From: an uncultured virus (IMG/VR IMGVR_UViG_2049941000_000247)
Lineage: Duplodnaviria; Heunggongvirae; Uroviricota; Caudoviricetes
Virus record (IMG/VR): IMGVR_UViG_2049941000_000247
Length of the DNA stretch: 45,687 nucleotides
Strand: one strand, 5' to 3'
In this document: piece after piece, positions 21,158-32,455 of the stretch
Position numbering within the stretch: the first letter of the stretch is position 1
Layout: each line of letters starts with the position of its first letter
Notes under the pieces: model-generated
The model's database searches: none
Told to the model about the DNA's origin: nothing
What the model saw: only the letters and a program-made list of their open reading frames with translations
Made by a program: the position numbers and the translations under genes

Positions 21158-22044
21158 NNNNNNNNNNNNNNNNNNNNNNNNNNNNNNNNNNNNNNNNNNN
21201 NNNNNNNNNNNNNNNNNNNNNNNNNNNNNNNNNNNNNNNNNNNNNNNNNNNNNNNNNNNNNNNNNNNNNNNNNNNNNNNNNNNNNNNNNNNNNNNNNNNN
21301 NNNNNNNNNNNNNNNNNNNNNNNNNNNNNNNNNNNNNNNNNNNNNNNNNNNNNNNNNNNNNNNNNNNNNNNNNNNNNNNNNNNNNNNNNNNNNNNNNNNN
21401 NNNNNNNNNNNNNNNNNNNNNNNNNNNNNNNNNNNNNNNNNNNNNNNNNNNNNNNNNNNNNNNNNNNNNNNNNNNNNNNNNNNNNNNNNNNNNNNNNNNN
21501 NNNNNNNNNNNNNNNNNNNNNNNNNNNNNNNNNNNNNNNNNNNNNNNNNNNNNNNNNNNNNNNNNNNNNNNNNNNNNNNNNNNNNNNNNNNNNNNNNNNN
21601 NNNNNNNNNNNNNNNNNNNNNNNNNNNNNNNNNNNNNNNNNNNNNNNNNNNNNNNNNNNNNNNNNNNNNNNNNNNNNNNNNNNNNNNNNNNNNNNNNNNN
21701 NNNNNNNNNNNNNNNNNNNNNNNNNNNNNNNNNNNNNNNNNNNNNNNNNNNNNNNNNNNNNNNNNNNNNNNNNNNNNNNNNNNNNNNNNNNNNNNNNNNN
21801 NNNNNNNNNNNNNNNNNNNNNNNNNNNNNNNNNNNNNNNNNNNNNNNNNNNNNNNNNNNNNNNNNNNNNNNNNNNNNNNNNNNNNNNNNNNNNNNNNNNN
21901 NNNNNNNNNNNNNNNNNNNNNNNNNNNNNNNNNNNNNNNNNNNNNNNNNNNNNNNNNNNNNNNNNNNNNNNNNNNNNNNNNNNNNNNNNNNNNNNNNNNN
22001 NNNNNNNNNNNNNNNNNNNNNNNNNNNNNNNNNNNNNNNNNNNN

Positions 22045-23369
22045 AAGGCTCATCCGCATCGTCGTCAGAATTTCTCTCCACAACGACCTTCGGAGTCTTA
22101 TTATCAAGCGCGAACGCAGCGACGACCTGGTTCCTCCCTCTGATCGCGAAACACTTCTCCTCAAGCGTATCCACGTCATATTCGCTGCCGTGCTCACGCA
22201 GAGTCTCAAACGCCTCAATACCATTAAGGTCTGCAAACCTGGAAAACACGTCGTTCCTTGCAGCTTCAGCAGCGGCATTCTCCGTGTCAGCCTTAAACTG
22301 ACGCAAAGCATTCAGCTCGGCATCAAGCGCAGCCGCAGCCTCATTGAGTTCATTGCANNNNNNNNNNCACGTATTTCATACGCTTCTTGCTTTCGTAGTC
22401 GATCGCAATACTGTCGCCGTCGATCGTAAATGCGAAACCATAGAGCAGCCAATCCTGGTGATCCCAGCAATACACTTCGTTGAGCTCAAGATCAAAATCA
22501 GCCATGCAGTATCTGGGCATCTCTCCCCATTCATACTGGATACGCTGTTCCTCGAGCATACGATAAAGCTCTTCGACGATATTGCCATTCAGAGCAAAAC
22601 GGTCTTCCGCAGTCTCTTCTGCGACCACGTCGACAGTCTCCTCGATCGGCTCAACGATCTCATTGATATTCTCCAATACCTCTTCTCCTCCTTCCGCCGA
22701 TAATTCTTGTGGGTGTATATTGTCATCCTCCGAAGAGGTACTGACCAACTGAAAACTTTCCTTTAGATCCCGCATCATCTCGGACATCTGCTGCTTGAAC
22801 TCATGATGTGAAAACATCTCAAGCGCAGATCCTTCGAAGCATGGGGTCACGCCGATCAGCGCAAAGGCAGTAAACTCAAAATCATCGATATGATAAACGC
22901 CGTTCACGTTCTTCCCGCTCTTTACGGTTATTTCCATAGAGTGGGATACGATCCCGTCACGTCTGATCTTCTGATAAGCCTCCTGCCTTTTCCAGATCAG
23001 CACTTCCGCGCACAGATACTCGTGCTCATTGCCATATTCATCCTCCGCCGTTTCAAACCAATACTTCGCAGACTCCGGTATACACCCGACGGGTGTGGTG
23101 AGATTCACGAGCCTCATCGACCCGTCATCGTCGCGTACGACTTCTACATCATGCCCGCCGAGCGAATCGCTGTTCCTGTCGTAATTGCATACGATCGGGC
23201 AGTTATACATGGTTTGAATACACCGTTCAAAAGCTTCCTTAGAAATGTAGCTCCCGTTTCTGTTCGCACCGGTGTAGGCGATGCGCAAAACTCCGGTATC
23301 AAAAGACGAATTGATCTCGCACAAGCCGGTTAGAGATGATGCATATGTCAGACGTAAGACCTGATCCAT
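22045..23369 (-). CDS. Prohead protease/scaffold protein (3' end in gap)
   Basis: RBS GGAGG, ATG 23369. Motifs GANRNGSYI, HSMEI, FTAFALIGVTPCFE. Acidic coiled-coil scaffold C-terminus. Confidence 0.85.
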
Positions 23370-23416
23370 CCTAACCTCCTCACAGAAACGCCCGCGCGGA
23401 AGCGCNNNNNNNNNNA

Positions 23417-23585
23417 GCGTATTTGACATCACATAGCTCATATCGCCGAAATCGTAATCCTCACGGTCATCCGCTGCAAAGATAAACAGCGACCCGTCAT
23501 CGTCGCTCTTCAAGAGCATGAATCCGTCATTCAGCAATCTGTCTCTGTCTTTTGCGTCAAATACATAAATGAATTGGCTGTTCAT
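23417..23585 (-). CDS. Small hypothetical protein (~58 aa; end in gap)
   Basis: MNSQFIYVFDAKDRDRLLNDGF..., directly after the portal stop. Confidence 0.6.
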
Positions 23586-23589
23586 AGTA

Positions 23590-24039
23590 TCAGCCCCAAT
23601 CGTCGCTGTCTTCTCTTGACTGTTCGCCGCTGTCCGTCAGATCGCCTATATCCTTTTCAGGAGCGCCACCTTCGTCTGTAGCGCCTTCTCCGTCAAGATC
23701 GCCGGAGCTCATCTGAGTAGAACTCTGGATCGGACGGAACATATCCTGCAAACCAAGCACCTGCCCCTCAAGGAAACTCATCGAATCAAGCTCTTCCTGA
23801 CCGATTCCCTGCGACGCAGCATAAGCAGAAATAGTAGGCAGACCGTATGACGCCGCCTTCAGATAAGCGTCGCCGACCTCCTTGCGGTTAAACGGAGATA
23901 CGTCAAGGAAGTTGACCCTGAAGTTCTTTCCGTACGGAAGCGACTGGATGTACCTGTTCACCATATCCTCGATGCTCTTGACGATGCCATACGTCATAGA
24001 TTGGTCAACCTTGATAGCTAACAAGAGAGCGTTTGCCGA
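23590..24039 (-). CDS. Portal protein, exon 2
   Basis: Begins TCG GCA AAC (SANALLLAIKVDQ) right after the intron terminal G. Ends with a GGAPEK...DSGEQSRE portal-type tail. Confidence 0.88.
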   Translation of the reverse strand, partial: SANALLLAIKVDQSMTYGIVKSIEDMVNRYIQSLPYGKNFRVNFLDVSPFNRKEVGDAYLKAASYGLPTISAYAASQGIGQEELDSMSFLEGQVLGLQDMFRPIQSSTQMSSGDLDGEGATDEGGAPEKDIGDLTDSGEQSREDSDDWG

Positions 24040-25047
24040 CTTTGTTATTTGACTAAAATACTTATTTTCAGATTATTTGGATTGCCTCTTCGGCACTGAT
24101 CCCGAGTTTGTAAATTCTTGCGTACAGCGTGTGATATTTGATACCAGTAAGCTTCGCCCAGTCCGATAACGTATGCGATTCGCCATGAGCGTCAATGATT
24201 ACAGTGTTCGTACGGTTGTTGGCCTGTACACGTGCATCCTCCCATCTGCAATTGTACGGAGAATACTCACCATCAACATCGATCCTATCAATGGATAATG
24301 AATCATCGTATCCGTTCGCCAGAGCCCAATCACGGAACGCAACATAGTCATTTAGCCATTCGTCGCACACAGATATACCACGGCCCCCATAACGCTGATA
24401 ACCTGGTATGTTCTTGTTATAACATCGTCCCTTCATATTGCACCAGATACGATAAAGTCTCGTATGCCGATCCCCATGCTTAACAGTGCGATCTAATATG
24501 CTTTCCATATTCAAACATCCGCAGCTTTTCGAGTTTCCCTTTTTAAGATTGGACGACATGACAATAACCTCGTTACCGCAATCACATCTACATTTCCATT
24601 GCGATTTTCTTTTTCCGGACGGCAGCACGTGGAATCCTGCGAATTCGACAACGGTCAGTCTTCCGTATTTATTACCAATCAAATTCTCCAATTTGGGCAA
24701 GCACTTCACATCCTTTTATTCTGTTTCTGAAAATAAGTAAACCGGTCGCTACACCGTGTCGGCGCATTAGCGCCCTATCGCTTTCGCGACAGAATAGACT
24801 ATATCTTCGTCCCATAAGGACGCCCACCACTTCCACCGCGCTTGCGATGTACTCCCGTAAAGGGATAGTCGTTGGACGTTCCCCTGTTCGGGGCTTCGCT
24901 GCTGATTGCCCAATCCACATGATTCTCTAACTGTCACGCTCCCGCTTATTTCATCGGCACGTTGTAGTTCATGCGGCTCTAAGGGTGTTCCAGCAATTCA
25001 ATGGGTTATTGTTCGAGCGCGTTACCGCGCAAGCGGCCTAAGCATTA
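24040..25047 (-). ncRNA. Group I intron in the portal gene
   Basis: P1 GGCU|UAA-UGC-UUAGGCC with U.G at the splice site. Core motifs AATTGCTGGAA, GGCAATCAGCAG, CAACGACTA, AAGATATAGTCT. Terminal G 24040. Removal restores ...NNDKA-SANALL... in frame. Confidence 0.93.
24068..24709 (-). CDS. Intron-encoded HNH-type homing endonuclease (213 aa)
   Basis: GNKYGRLTV, WKCRCDCG, RLYRIWCNMKGRC, YGGRGI, SIDRIDVDGEYSPYNCRW. Lies 3' of the intron core. Confidence 0.88.
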   Translation of the reverse strand: MKCLPKLENLIGNKYGRLTVVEFAGFHVLPSGKRKSQWKCRCDCGNEVIVMSSNLKKGNSKSCGCLNMESILDRTVKHGDRHTRLYRIWCNMKGRCYNKNIPGYQRYGGRGISVCDEWLNDYVAFRDWALANGYDDSLSIDRIDVDGEYSPYNCRWEDARVQANNRTNTVIIDAHGESHTLSDWAKLTGIKYHTLYARIYKLGISAEEAIQII

Positions 25048-26138
25048 AGCCTTATCATTATTGAACAGCAGAGACGACACACCGGCTGCCGTAAACAGAC
25101 TCTGTTCCGCATCTGCGATCGTATTCGTATCGCCCACGTTCGACCTCTCGAAGCTGATCTTGTTGAGATCCATCGGAGTCATCACGCCGCCGACTTCCTC
25201 CGGAAGCACGGCGTCGAGATTATTAAAGAAGTCCGTAGCCTTTTTCAGATCGATGCCCCACGCGCCGTCTTCCGTCATCGGGAGCTTCATCCATACGAGC
25301 GCATAGTTTTCAAGCGCCGTCCTCGCCAGCTTCATCAACCGATAATCGTCGATATCGAAAATCTCTCTCAGTATCCCGGCGAACGGCGGCACGGAATATG
25401 CAAGCACGTCAGAATTGCATTTGATAGCAAACGAGGTTGGTGAGTCAAGCTCTATCCACCTTCGCGCATATTTGTCTCGCTTGTAAATCTCATACTTTCG
25501 CGCAAACTCCTCCGGATAGTTCGGAAGACGCTCCGGATGCCTGTCGAAAAATGAAAAATCGAAGGACACGTTCGGCACATTTCCTTCGATGCTGGATATG
25601 GCGCAGTAATCGCTGGGGAGCTGCTGGATCGTAATGTTGTCAGGAGTTACCCACATGCTGCCGTAAAAGCAGTCCTCCCTCAAACACACCGTAAGTATTT
25701 TCGGGAACTGAGTCTTGATGCTCATGGCGGACAGCACATTGAGTACCTTCCTGTAGTTGTTGTTCACGATCCTCACGTTCGCCTTTTTCGGATCGATCCG
25801 ATACGGCTCCACGATGTAGGACAAATCAGACAGCCCTACAAAATACTGGATCAATCGTCTGAAGTGCGGACTGGCATTATAGATATATCGAACCGCACGC
25901 CGCAGCATCTTCTCATACCGCTCAGGATTGGCCAGATACTTGATGATATCCTCTTTCTTGAATTTCAGAAATCCCGGAGCGTAGTATCCGTACCTCCCGT
26001 ATTTATTCAGATCACGCGTGATCAAATGATTCAACAGAGCAAAGTTCTGCGATATCNNNNNNNNNNGATCATGCCGACAGGAAGATTATCAGATACGCCT
26101 GTATCAATACCATCCTGAATTTTTACTTCTTCCGCCAA
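25048..26138 (-). CDS. Portal protein, exon 1
   Basis: Probable TTG start at 26138 (MAEEVKIQ...), follows the terminase. ORF stops at the TAA that begins the intron. Confidence 0.85.
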
Positions 26139-27868
26139 TCGAATTCACCGCCTTTCCCGGCAGAGATGGTGGCCTGATAATAAACAGCTTCGCAGAATCA
26201 GCGCCCGCGTTCCCGCGCCGCGTCATCTTGCTCTCAAGCTGAGTCGCCACATAATAGTTATAAGAAAGACTGGAGTATCTGTCCTTCCGCATATCCGAAA
26301 GCTCAAATACACGGACCTTTCCTCCAGACTCCTCGTGTTGTAGTTTCACAAGTTCGCTGATAAGCAGCGTCGTATCATAGTAAGCCTTCGCAAGCTCCAT
26401 CTGCTCGGGCGGATTAAGACTGTTATAACCCTTCAGCTCGCCAAGCAGCTTCTCTCCGTCATATTCCGTCACAAGAAGCCGTATGCGGCCGCTTCTGAAT
26501 CCCTCGCGAAGGAGGAACGCTGCGTCAGAGTTGAATTGTGCGCTTGCTTTTACCGCCCATATGACCCTGTCTGCCGTAGGAGACGTACATCTCTTTGCCA
26601 TTTCTTCATTGTTGCAGCATGAAAGAGCCGGGTAGACCTCGCCTGTATCTGGATCTGAGATATCTCTGGCAAGAGCGTCGTACACTCCAAGACCAAGTCC
26701 ACTGCAGTCAAGTACGATATAGTCGCACACATACTCGTCATACATCTTCCTGATCGCAAGTGCCTGGTCGTCCGTGCGCATGCCCTCATACGCGTCGGCA
26801 AACACGATATTGTTCACATACCGTCCCGCTTTCGTCGGCATCATCTGATTGATGAATACTGCAGTCGCGTCGTTGTTGTTCTTCCTGCTGGACATCAGCG
26901 CGATATCCGCAGACAAAATTCGAAGCTCTCCGTTTTGCTTTGGAGGTATACGAACAAACTGACTGTTTACTTTTGACGATAAACGATCAGGCAGCATCGG
27001 ATACTTGATGTGCCTGTTCTTCGCTATAGAGTCATATTCAAAGAACGCGCCGTCCGCAGAGCCGAAGAACTCAGCCTCCATCTCCATTGAAAACTTCACA
27101 TCGGAGAAATTCTGCTCCTGTTTTTCGTCCGCAACGACCTCTGGGTCAAGCAGCCCTTCTTCTATGGAAAGCTGGTATGGGAACCCGCACACAAACTGCC
27201 TGCGACCAAGCTCCGTCATGGATCGGCAGGCGTCCACGCCTTTCGCGTATGACCNNNNNNNNNNACATCGTCAGGTTCTTCTCTTTGTTGTATTCCGCTC
27301 TGCGCTGTTCCTCCGTCAACTCAGAATACTTCGGCATCCGACGCAGTGTCAGGAACTTACGAAGCACTGTGTCGATCGTATCCTTACGAATAAGCCTGAA
27401 CTCATCGAGAAGAAGCACATGACACCGATTGCCGCGCGCAGAGTCGGAAGCCGTTACAACCTTGATCGCGCTCGAATTTTTGAAAACGACCTGTGCGTTC
27501 GTACCGTTGATCTTCGTCTGCTTCTCGTCGATCTCCGCACGCAACTCTGCTGAGTTTGGTATCAATTCGAGCATTATCTTTTCGAGGACATTTTGCGCCT
27601 GTCCCCTTGTCCCTGACGCGATACATACCTTCGTACCAGGATACAGTATCGAACGACACACGCAGTATACAGCGCTCAAATACGTCTTGCCCAGTCCTCT
27701 AGCTGCAATCCATACGAATGTGGTACTCCAGAACATCATGGACAGTACGATGCGCTGAAACAGCTTCAGCCTTATATGCAAATAATCCTCAACAAACTTG
27801 TCTATATTTTCCCTGTAAAAGGCGCCCCAGTACGCAGCGCCCTCCATGATTTTATCCGCCCGTGTCAC
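26104..27868 (-). CDS. Terminase large subunit (split by a 10-N gap at 27255-27264)
   Basis: Walker A ARGLGKT, Walker B LLLDEF, nuclease motifs LSADIA...NNDAT, IVLDCSGLG, RKDRYSS. Confidence 0.93.
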
Positions 27869-28868
27869 TGACCTCAGTCCCTGGCGGCTCGTCCATCATG
27901 ACCTCCGCAAAAAATGCTTCGTCATCGTCGCCGTCGTACTCCGGCTTATCCACGCGAAGCCTCGCGATCTCATCCTCATACATTCTGGAATACCCATTCT
28001 TTAATCCAAGCATCTTACAGAGATGACCCATCCATGTGAACACGTATCGCCTGACCCTGTTCACATCCTTCAGATCTTCGTCGATCTCAGGAAGAGGCCG
28101 CATATTTTCATAACGGTACAGCCATACGCCGAGAGGCGTATCCGCTACGGAAGAATCAACATCATCCTGCTTCTTCTGTATCTTCGTCAGGCTTCCTATC
28201 AACCCGTTCAGCGCAGTCACGCTTTTATCGACAGATTTACCCTTTGCCCGCGCCCTGTTGATATCCGTTTCCAGCATGCATATCTGCCTGATCAGCGCGT
28301 CCGTACGTGCGTCAGACTCTGCGTCAGAAGGAAGATTCGCGACCCACGATTCACGACGCTGCTCAAGGTCTCTGTACATCTCAGACGTATACCCAGATCC
28401 CCAGAACAGCTTCACCTCATCCGGCACATCGTCAGCCTCGTCGACAACTGGTTCAGGATCCGGCTCATCCTTTGACTGCTCTGCAACATTCGGTTCGAAC
28501 ATCCACAACGTACCCTCATTGGATAACGTATCATCGTAGCTTTTCCCTGCTCTGTTTACAGTGTTCACTCTGCTGAGATAATGCGTCATGACAGTCTGAG
28601 CAGTACTCTGGCTCAGCATGGAGTCATACAGGCCAGGGTCCCAGAATAAATCTAGCTTCCTGCACATCTGCCTGACAGCAAGCTTTGCGTCGTTGCATTG
28701 TGATAGATACGCGCTGTACATATCTTCCACACACGTCTTGCATACCGTCAGATACCCGGCACCCTTATACATAGCGGCGTAGCTGACGGAAAAATTCCCA
28801 CGACGCTTCCCGAACATCCTGCCGCATCTTGCGCACACTACCTTATCAGACGATATTTCAAGCGCCAT
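27852..28868 (-). CDS. Zn-finger protein, putative terminase small subunit (338 aa)
   Basis: CARC...CKTC at the N-terminus, immediately upstream of and overlapping TerL. Confidence 0.65.
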   Translation of the reverse strand: MALEISSDKVVCARCGRMFGKRRGNFSVSYAAMYKGAGYLTVCKTCVEDMYSAYLSQCNDAKLAVRQMCRKLDLFWDPGLYDSMLSQSTAQTVMTHYLSRVNTVNRAGKSYDDTLSNEGTLWMFEPNVAEQSKDEPDPEPVVDEADDVPDEVKLFWGSGYTSEMYRDLEQRRESWVANLPSDAESDARTDALIRQICMLETDINRARAKGKSVDKSVTALNGLIGSLTKIQKKQDDVDSSVADTPLGVWLYRYENMRPLPEIDEDLKDVNRVRRYVFTWMGHLCKMLGLKNGYSRMYEDEIARLRVDKPEYDGDDDEAFFAEVMMDEPPGTEVSDTGG

Positions 28869-29337
28869 CGTTCTTCACCCACTCAGGAACCTCGTCGTCA
28901 TCATCATCGTCGTCGAAATCATCGATCGGCGTTTCCATAGCATTCAGACTGTACACACGGGCACATGTCTTCAGACCTTTCCCTGGCATGAATTTTGGAA
29001 CAAATCTTGCTTCAATCTCAATGTCATCGCCGTTAAGAAAATCCTTCGTTCGCCGCGCCTTCCTGTATCTCAGTCCGAGCGTCCCAAACCCATGGATAGA
29101 AATATCGTCACCATTCGTCAATGCGCGCTCTATCACTTCGATACACGCGTCGACCATTTTGTTTACATCGTCAACTGTATAAAGTAACTTCTTGTCTGTT
29201 TTCTTGATCGAAAAATCCTTGCTGTTTCCATCATCGTCCGACACATGCAGCACGTGTTTCGGAATGGAAACAGGCTTACGCGCGCCGCTCACCCTTAATG
29301 CCTCGGCAACGGCGCGTACAAAATCCCTTCTATACAT
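28858..29337 (-). CDS. HU/IHF-like DNA-binding protein with an insertion and an acidic tail
   Basis: ALTNGDDISIHGFGTL...RKAR...IEIEARFVPKFMPGKGLK signature. Confidence 0.85.
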   Translation of the reverse strand: MYRRDFVRAVAEALRVSGARKPVSIPKHVLHVSDDDGNSKDFSIKKTDKKLLYTVDDVNKMVDACIEVIERALTNGDDISIHGFGTLGLRYRKARRTKDFLNGDDIEIEARFVPKFMPGKGLKTCARVYSLNAMETPIDDFDDDDDDDEVPEWVKNDGA

Positions 29338-29436
29338 AACATCTCCTTTTATTCCTGACAGTACAAAAGCGGGACATTAAGTCCCGNNNNNNNNNNGTCC
29401 GCTTCGCCGAGAGGCGTGCCGGGTTCCATACTATTT

Positions 29437-30564
29437 TTATTTACATTGGAGCCTGTACTCCGCATCTACACCGACGCCAGGCTCAACAATCAGCAAAAGC
29501 TGAAAAGGATCGGAATAAAGACGTTTCTCGTTTGCGTAGTCATCTGTACCGCACAACGATCCACACATCATCGCCCTTACGCCAAGTTCTCCAAACAATT
29601 CATCATGATGCTTGTCGCCAAGCAAAACGTATTCGACATTTCTCCCATGCTTCCTGAACAAAGAAGGAAATAACTTCGGCGATGCCTTTACTGAGTCAAG
29701 ATCCCCATGCGTTGCGCATATATCATGACCTGCGGCCTCGATAAGCAAAAACTCATTGCCTGAGTCTTTTGCAATATGTACAGTATCGTTATCCTTCAGC
29801 CTCTGTTCAAGCCACCACGGAATCAAACGCTCAATATTATCACGGTGAATGTTGTCTTTCTTGTTCTGTACAGTCCTGCCGTGGTTCCCGTATGTCATAT
29901 AAACGTCAGTACGCTCAACATACTGGGAAAGACGGTTGATCGACTGTGCAAGGATCTCAGACACCTGCATGATCTGATCGCACACCAGCTCTTCCGATGC
30001 GACCCTGGCACTCGTATGGATGGCACCATGGAACAAATCGCCAAGCACAACGACATGAAGCCTGCGGCACCCATGCAGCATCAGCCTGCCAATCGTTTTG
30101 TCTACAATCTGCTCCACACGCCGACGGCATACTTCCGTATCATATGTATTGAATATATTATCCGCGACAAGCCCGTAATGCCAGTCGCTTAATACGAGTA
30201 CGGCTTCTCCATCGCCATCCGGGACATATTCGCCATCCGTATCCCGATACATTTTGCCTACAGTCTCCTCAAGCTTTTCAGCAGACTTTGCAAGCGTATC
30301 ATACAGATTTTCAAGTCTGCCGTCATACGTCAGAAGCTTCTTATACTCACGTCTCTGGTCAAAAAACCTCTGCCGCTCCTTTTGAAGCTCGACCATCTGT
30401 CTATCGATCCCGGCAGATACGTCTTCGTCCTCTATCGCTTCCATCCTGCTCTGATCAAGCAGTTCAAGCGTACGCCTGCTGCCATACAGCATCCTCCTGG
30501 CCACATCGCTTGCGTACGGCTGGCCATATACAAGCTCGGCAAGTTCCGAATAATCCATAATCAC
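29437..30564 (-). CDS. Calcineurin-like metallophosphoesterase (start may be further upstream, in the gap)
   Basis: SDWHYG, LGDLFHG, YGNHG, ATHGD, LGDKHH motifs. Confidence 0.88.
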   Translation of the reverse strand: MIMDYSELAELVYGQPYASDVARRMLYGSRRTLELLDQSRMEAIEDEDVSAGIDRQMVELQKERQRFFDQRREYKKLLTYDGRLENLYDTLAKSAEKLEETVGKMYRDTDGEYVPDGDGEAVLVLSDWHYGLVADNIFNTYDTEVCRRRVEQIVDKTIGRLMLHGCRRLHVVVLGDLFHGAIHTSARVASEELVCDQIMQVSEILAQSINRLSQYVERTDVYMTYGNHGRTVQNKKDNIHRDNIERLIPWWLEQRLKDNDTVHIAKDSGNEFLLIEAAGHDICATHGDLDSVKASPKLFPSLFRKHGRNVEYVLLGDKHHDELFGELGVRAMMCGSLCGTDDYANEKRLYSDPFQLLLIVEPGVGVDAEYRLQCK

Positions 30565-30584
30565 GCGTGATCAANNNNNNNNNN

Positions 30585-30779
30585 AGTATACCGGTCACCC
30601 CTCTTCCGTTTGTTCGGCACGTATTCACCGCGCAGCTCCTTCAGATACCGCATTACCGGCCTGCTCTCCACACAATAGTACCGATGACGCTTTGACTTCT
30701 GTTTCATCGTGCGTACGATATACGTGTCGGGGAACCTCTGAACGATCGCTTCCTTTTCTTCCTTTGTAATTAAAACCAT
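30585..30779 (-). CDS. Small basic hypothetical protein (end in gap)
   Basis: RBS GGAAGG, MVLITKEEKEAIVQRFP...KSKRHRYY. Confidence 0.65.
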
Positions 30780-30897
30780 CTATAACCTTCCTTTTTATCC
30801 GATTGGGAATTTCTATTCCCTTCCATTATACAAATTCTGCACAAAACGCCGGAAGCCCCGAAATCACTGGGTTCCCGGCGTTTAGGTTTTTCCAACA

Positions 30898-31597
30898 TTA
30901 CATGGACTTTTTACTGGATACCGACCTCAGTTTCATCACTGAATTGACGTTATTCCGCATTGTTACCTCTGCCGCGCACTGTCTGCAATACTTTTGATTC
31001 CTGCTTTTCGCAGAATCATTGTACTTCGTCGTGATCCCGCAATTCTGACATTCAAAGTACGGGCCGCCATAGTGTTTCAAATATTGGTATCCAAGATTCC
31101 TGAAGTCTGTCACAAGCATCTCGGCCGGTCCGCTGTCTCCGAACAGCACACACACATTCGTGTTGTCTACCTTCTTTGAAAACCCGATCATCCCGCGCTC
31201 TTTCAGCGAACTGTACATCGCGCTCTGCCTCTTGATGCTCGTCACAATGTTTGCCATCTTCATAATCTCGCTGTCTTTCGTATTGACCCAGTGGCCGTCA
31301 TTCTTACCAACAGCATCCCAATACTTCGACAGACAAAGCAGAGTAAAGGCAAGGCGCTTCATCTGGCTCGTCTCCAGCGATCCGATCCGTGCGAGCTCAG
31401 AAGACGAAATACCAATCCCATCGATACACACAGCATCACGTCTTGAAGCCGTGTCTATTGCGCCATTGATCGCATTCGCCCATTTTGGTATAGACACGAT
31501 CGGATCGCACTGGAACATAAACAACTCTAGCAGTTTTTTCGTCCTCTTCTTCGTATATCCTTCGTCCATATAATACCGAGCGACACGCGTCAGCGTT
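30898..31597 (-). CDS. Putative DNA-binding protein with a C-terminal Zn finger (start in gap)
   Basis: KRLAFTLLCLSKY, wHTH-like EIMKMANI...LKERGMI, CQNC...CRQC. Confidence 0.7.
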
Positions 31598-31614
31598 NNN
31601 NNNNNNNNNNNNNN

Positions 31615-32455
31615 CCACATCCTTTGTCATCATCGAAAATCTGTTGCCGGCGTATTCTATATCCCCATCCTGATCCAAGACAGGGAAGGAGATTTTTCTC
31701 CCGCTCTTCATAAGAAGATTTTCGATGATCTGGTCGCCGCACATATCCCACGCAAACTGTTTCGATGAGCTGCGTGTATAACAAAGATCCAGAACGATAT
31801 TACACAGTGCGTTCTCATCCGGACACACAGACGCGCACCCTCGCTCAAAATCATCGCGCAGCATACCCAAATAGATATTGACGTCGGCCTTATCGATCTT
31901 TTCACGCTCGGCAAACATCGTATAGCTTGTCATCCGATTCCCGTATTCATCGTATAAACGCTTTATCGCGCTGAACTGACCGTTCGTATATTCCACGTCT
32001 CCGCGAAGCATCGAATAATCGAATTGTGATGCCTTCGGAGCAGAAAGACTTCCATCGAATGTCTCTTCGATCTTCCTGCAGATTCTGTTCATCACGCAGT
32101 CATTCATACCGACAGGCATATAGATGTCGTAATATTTCAGGAACAGCGCCTGATCCTCGGTCCTTTTATGATCCGGTATATTTTTAAGTTCTGCGACCGT
32201 CATACCAAACTCTCTGAGACAATTCTTGTCCGTATTCCTGATGTATGTATTGTACTGCTTCATCAGAGAGGGGTAGACGTACCGCATAAAATACGGCTTA
32301 CGTCCGACAACGATCCGCCTGTAAAGGTCCCTCTGAGACTCATCATCGATCACACCGGCAGCCCATCTGTCATGCCAAGNNNNNNNNNNNNNNNNNNNNN
32401 NNNNNNNNNNNNNNNNNNNNGCATAGGCTTACAGACGATTCCCTTCGCTTTATCT
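31615..32455 (-). CDS. yonO: Single-subunit RNA polymerase, exon 2 (internal and terminal gaps)
   Basis: After the terminal G the sequence reads A GAT AAA GCG AAG GGA (I-DKAKGIVCKPM), then KPYFMRYVYP...KQFAWDMCG. Confidence 0.85.

Noticed and set aside
20890..22311. Long ORFs spanning N runs (also 38016-42195)
   Set aside because: Mostly X residues; produced by the gaps.
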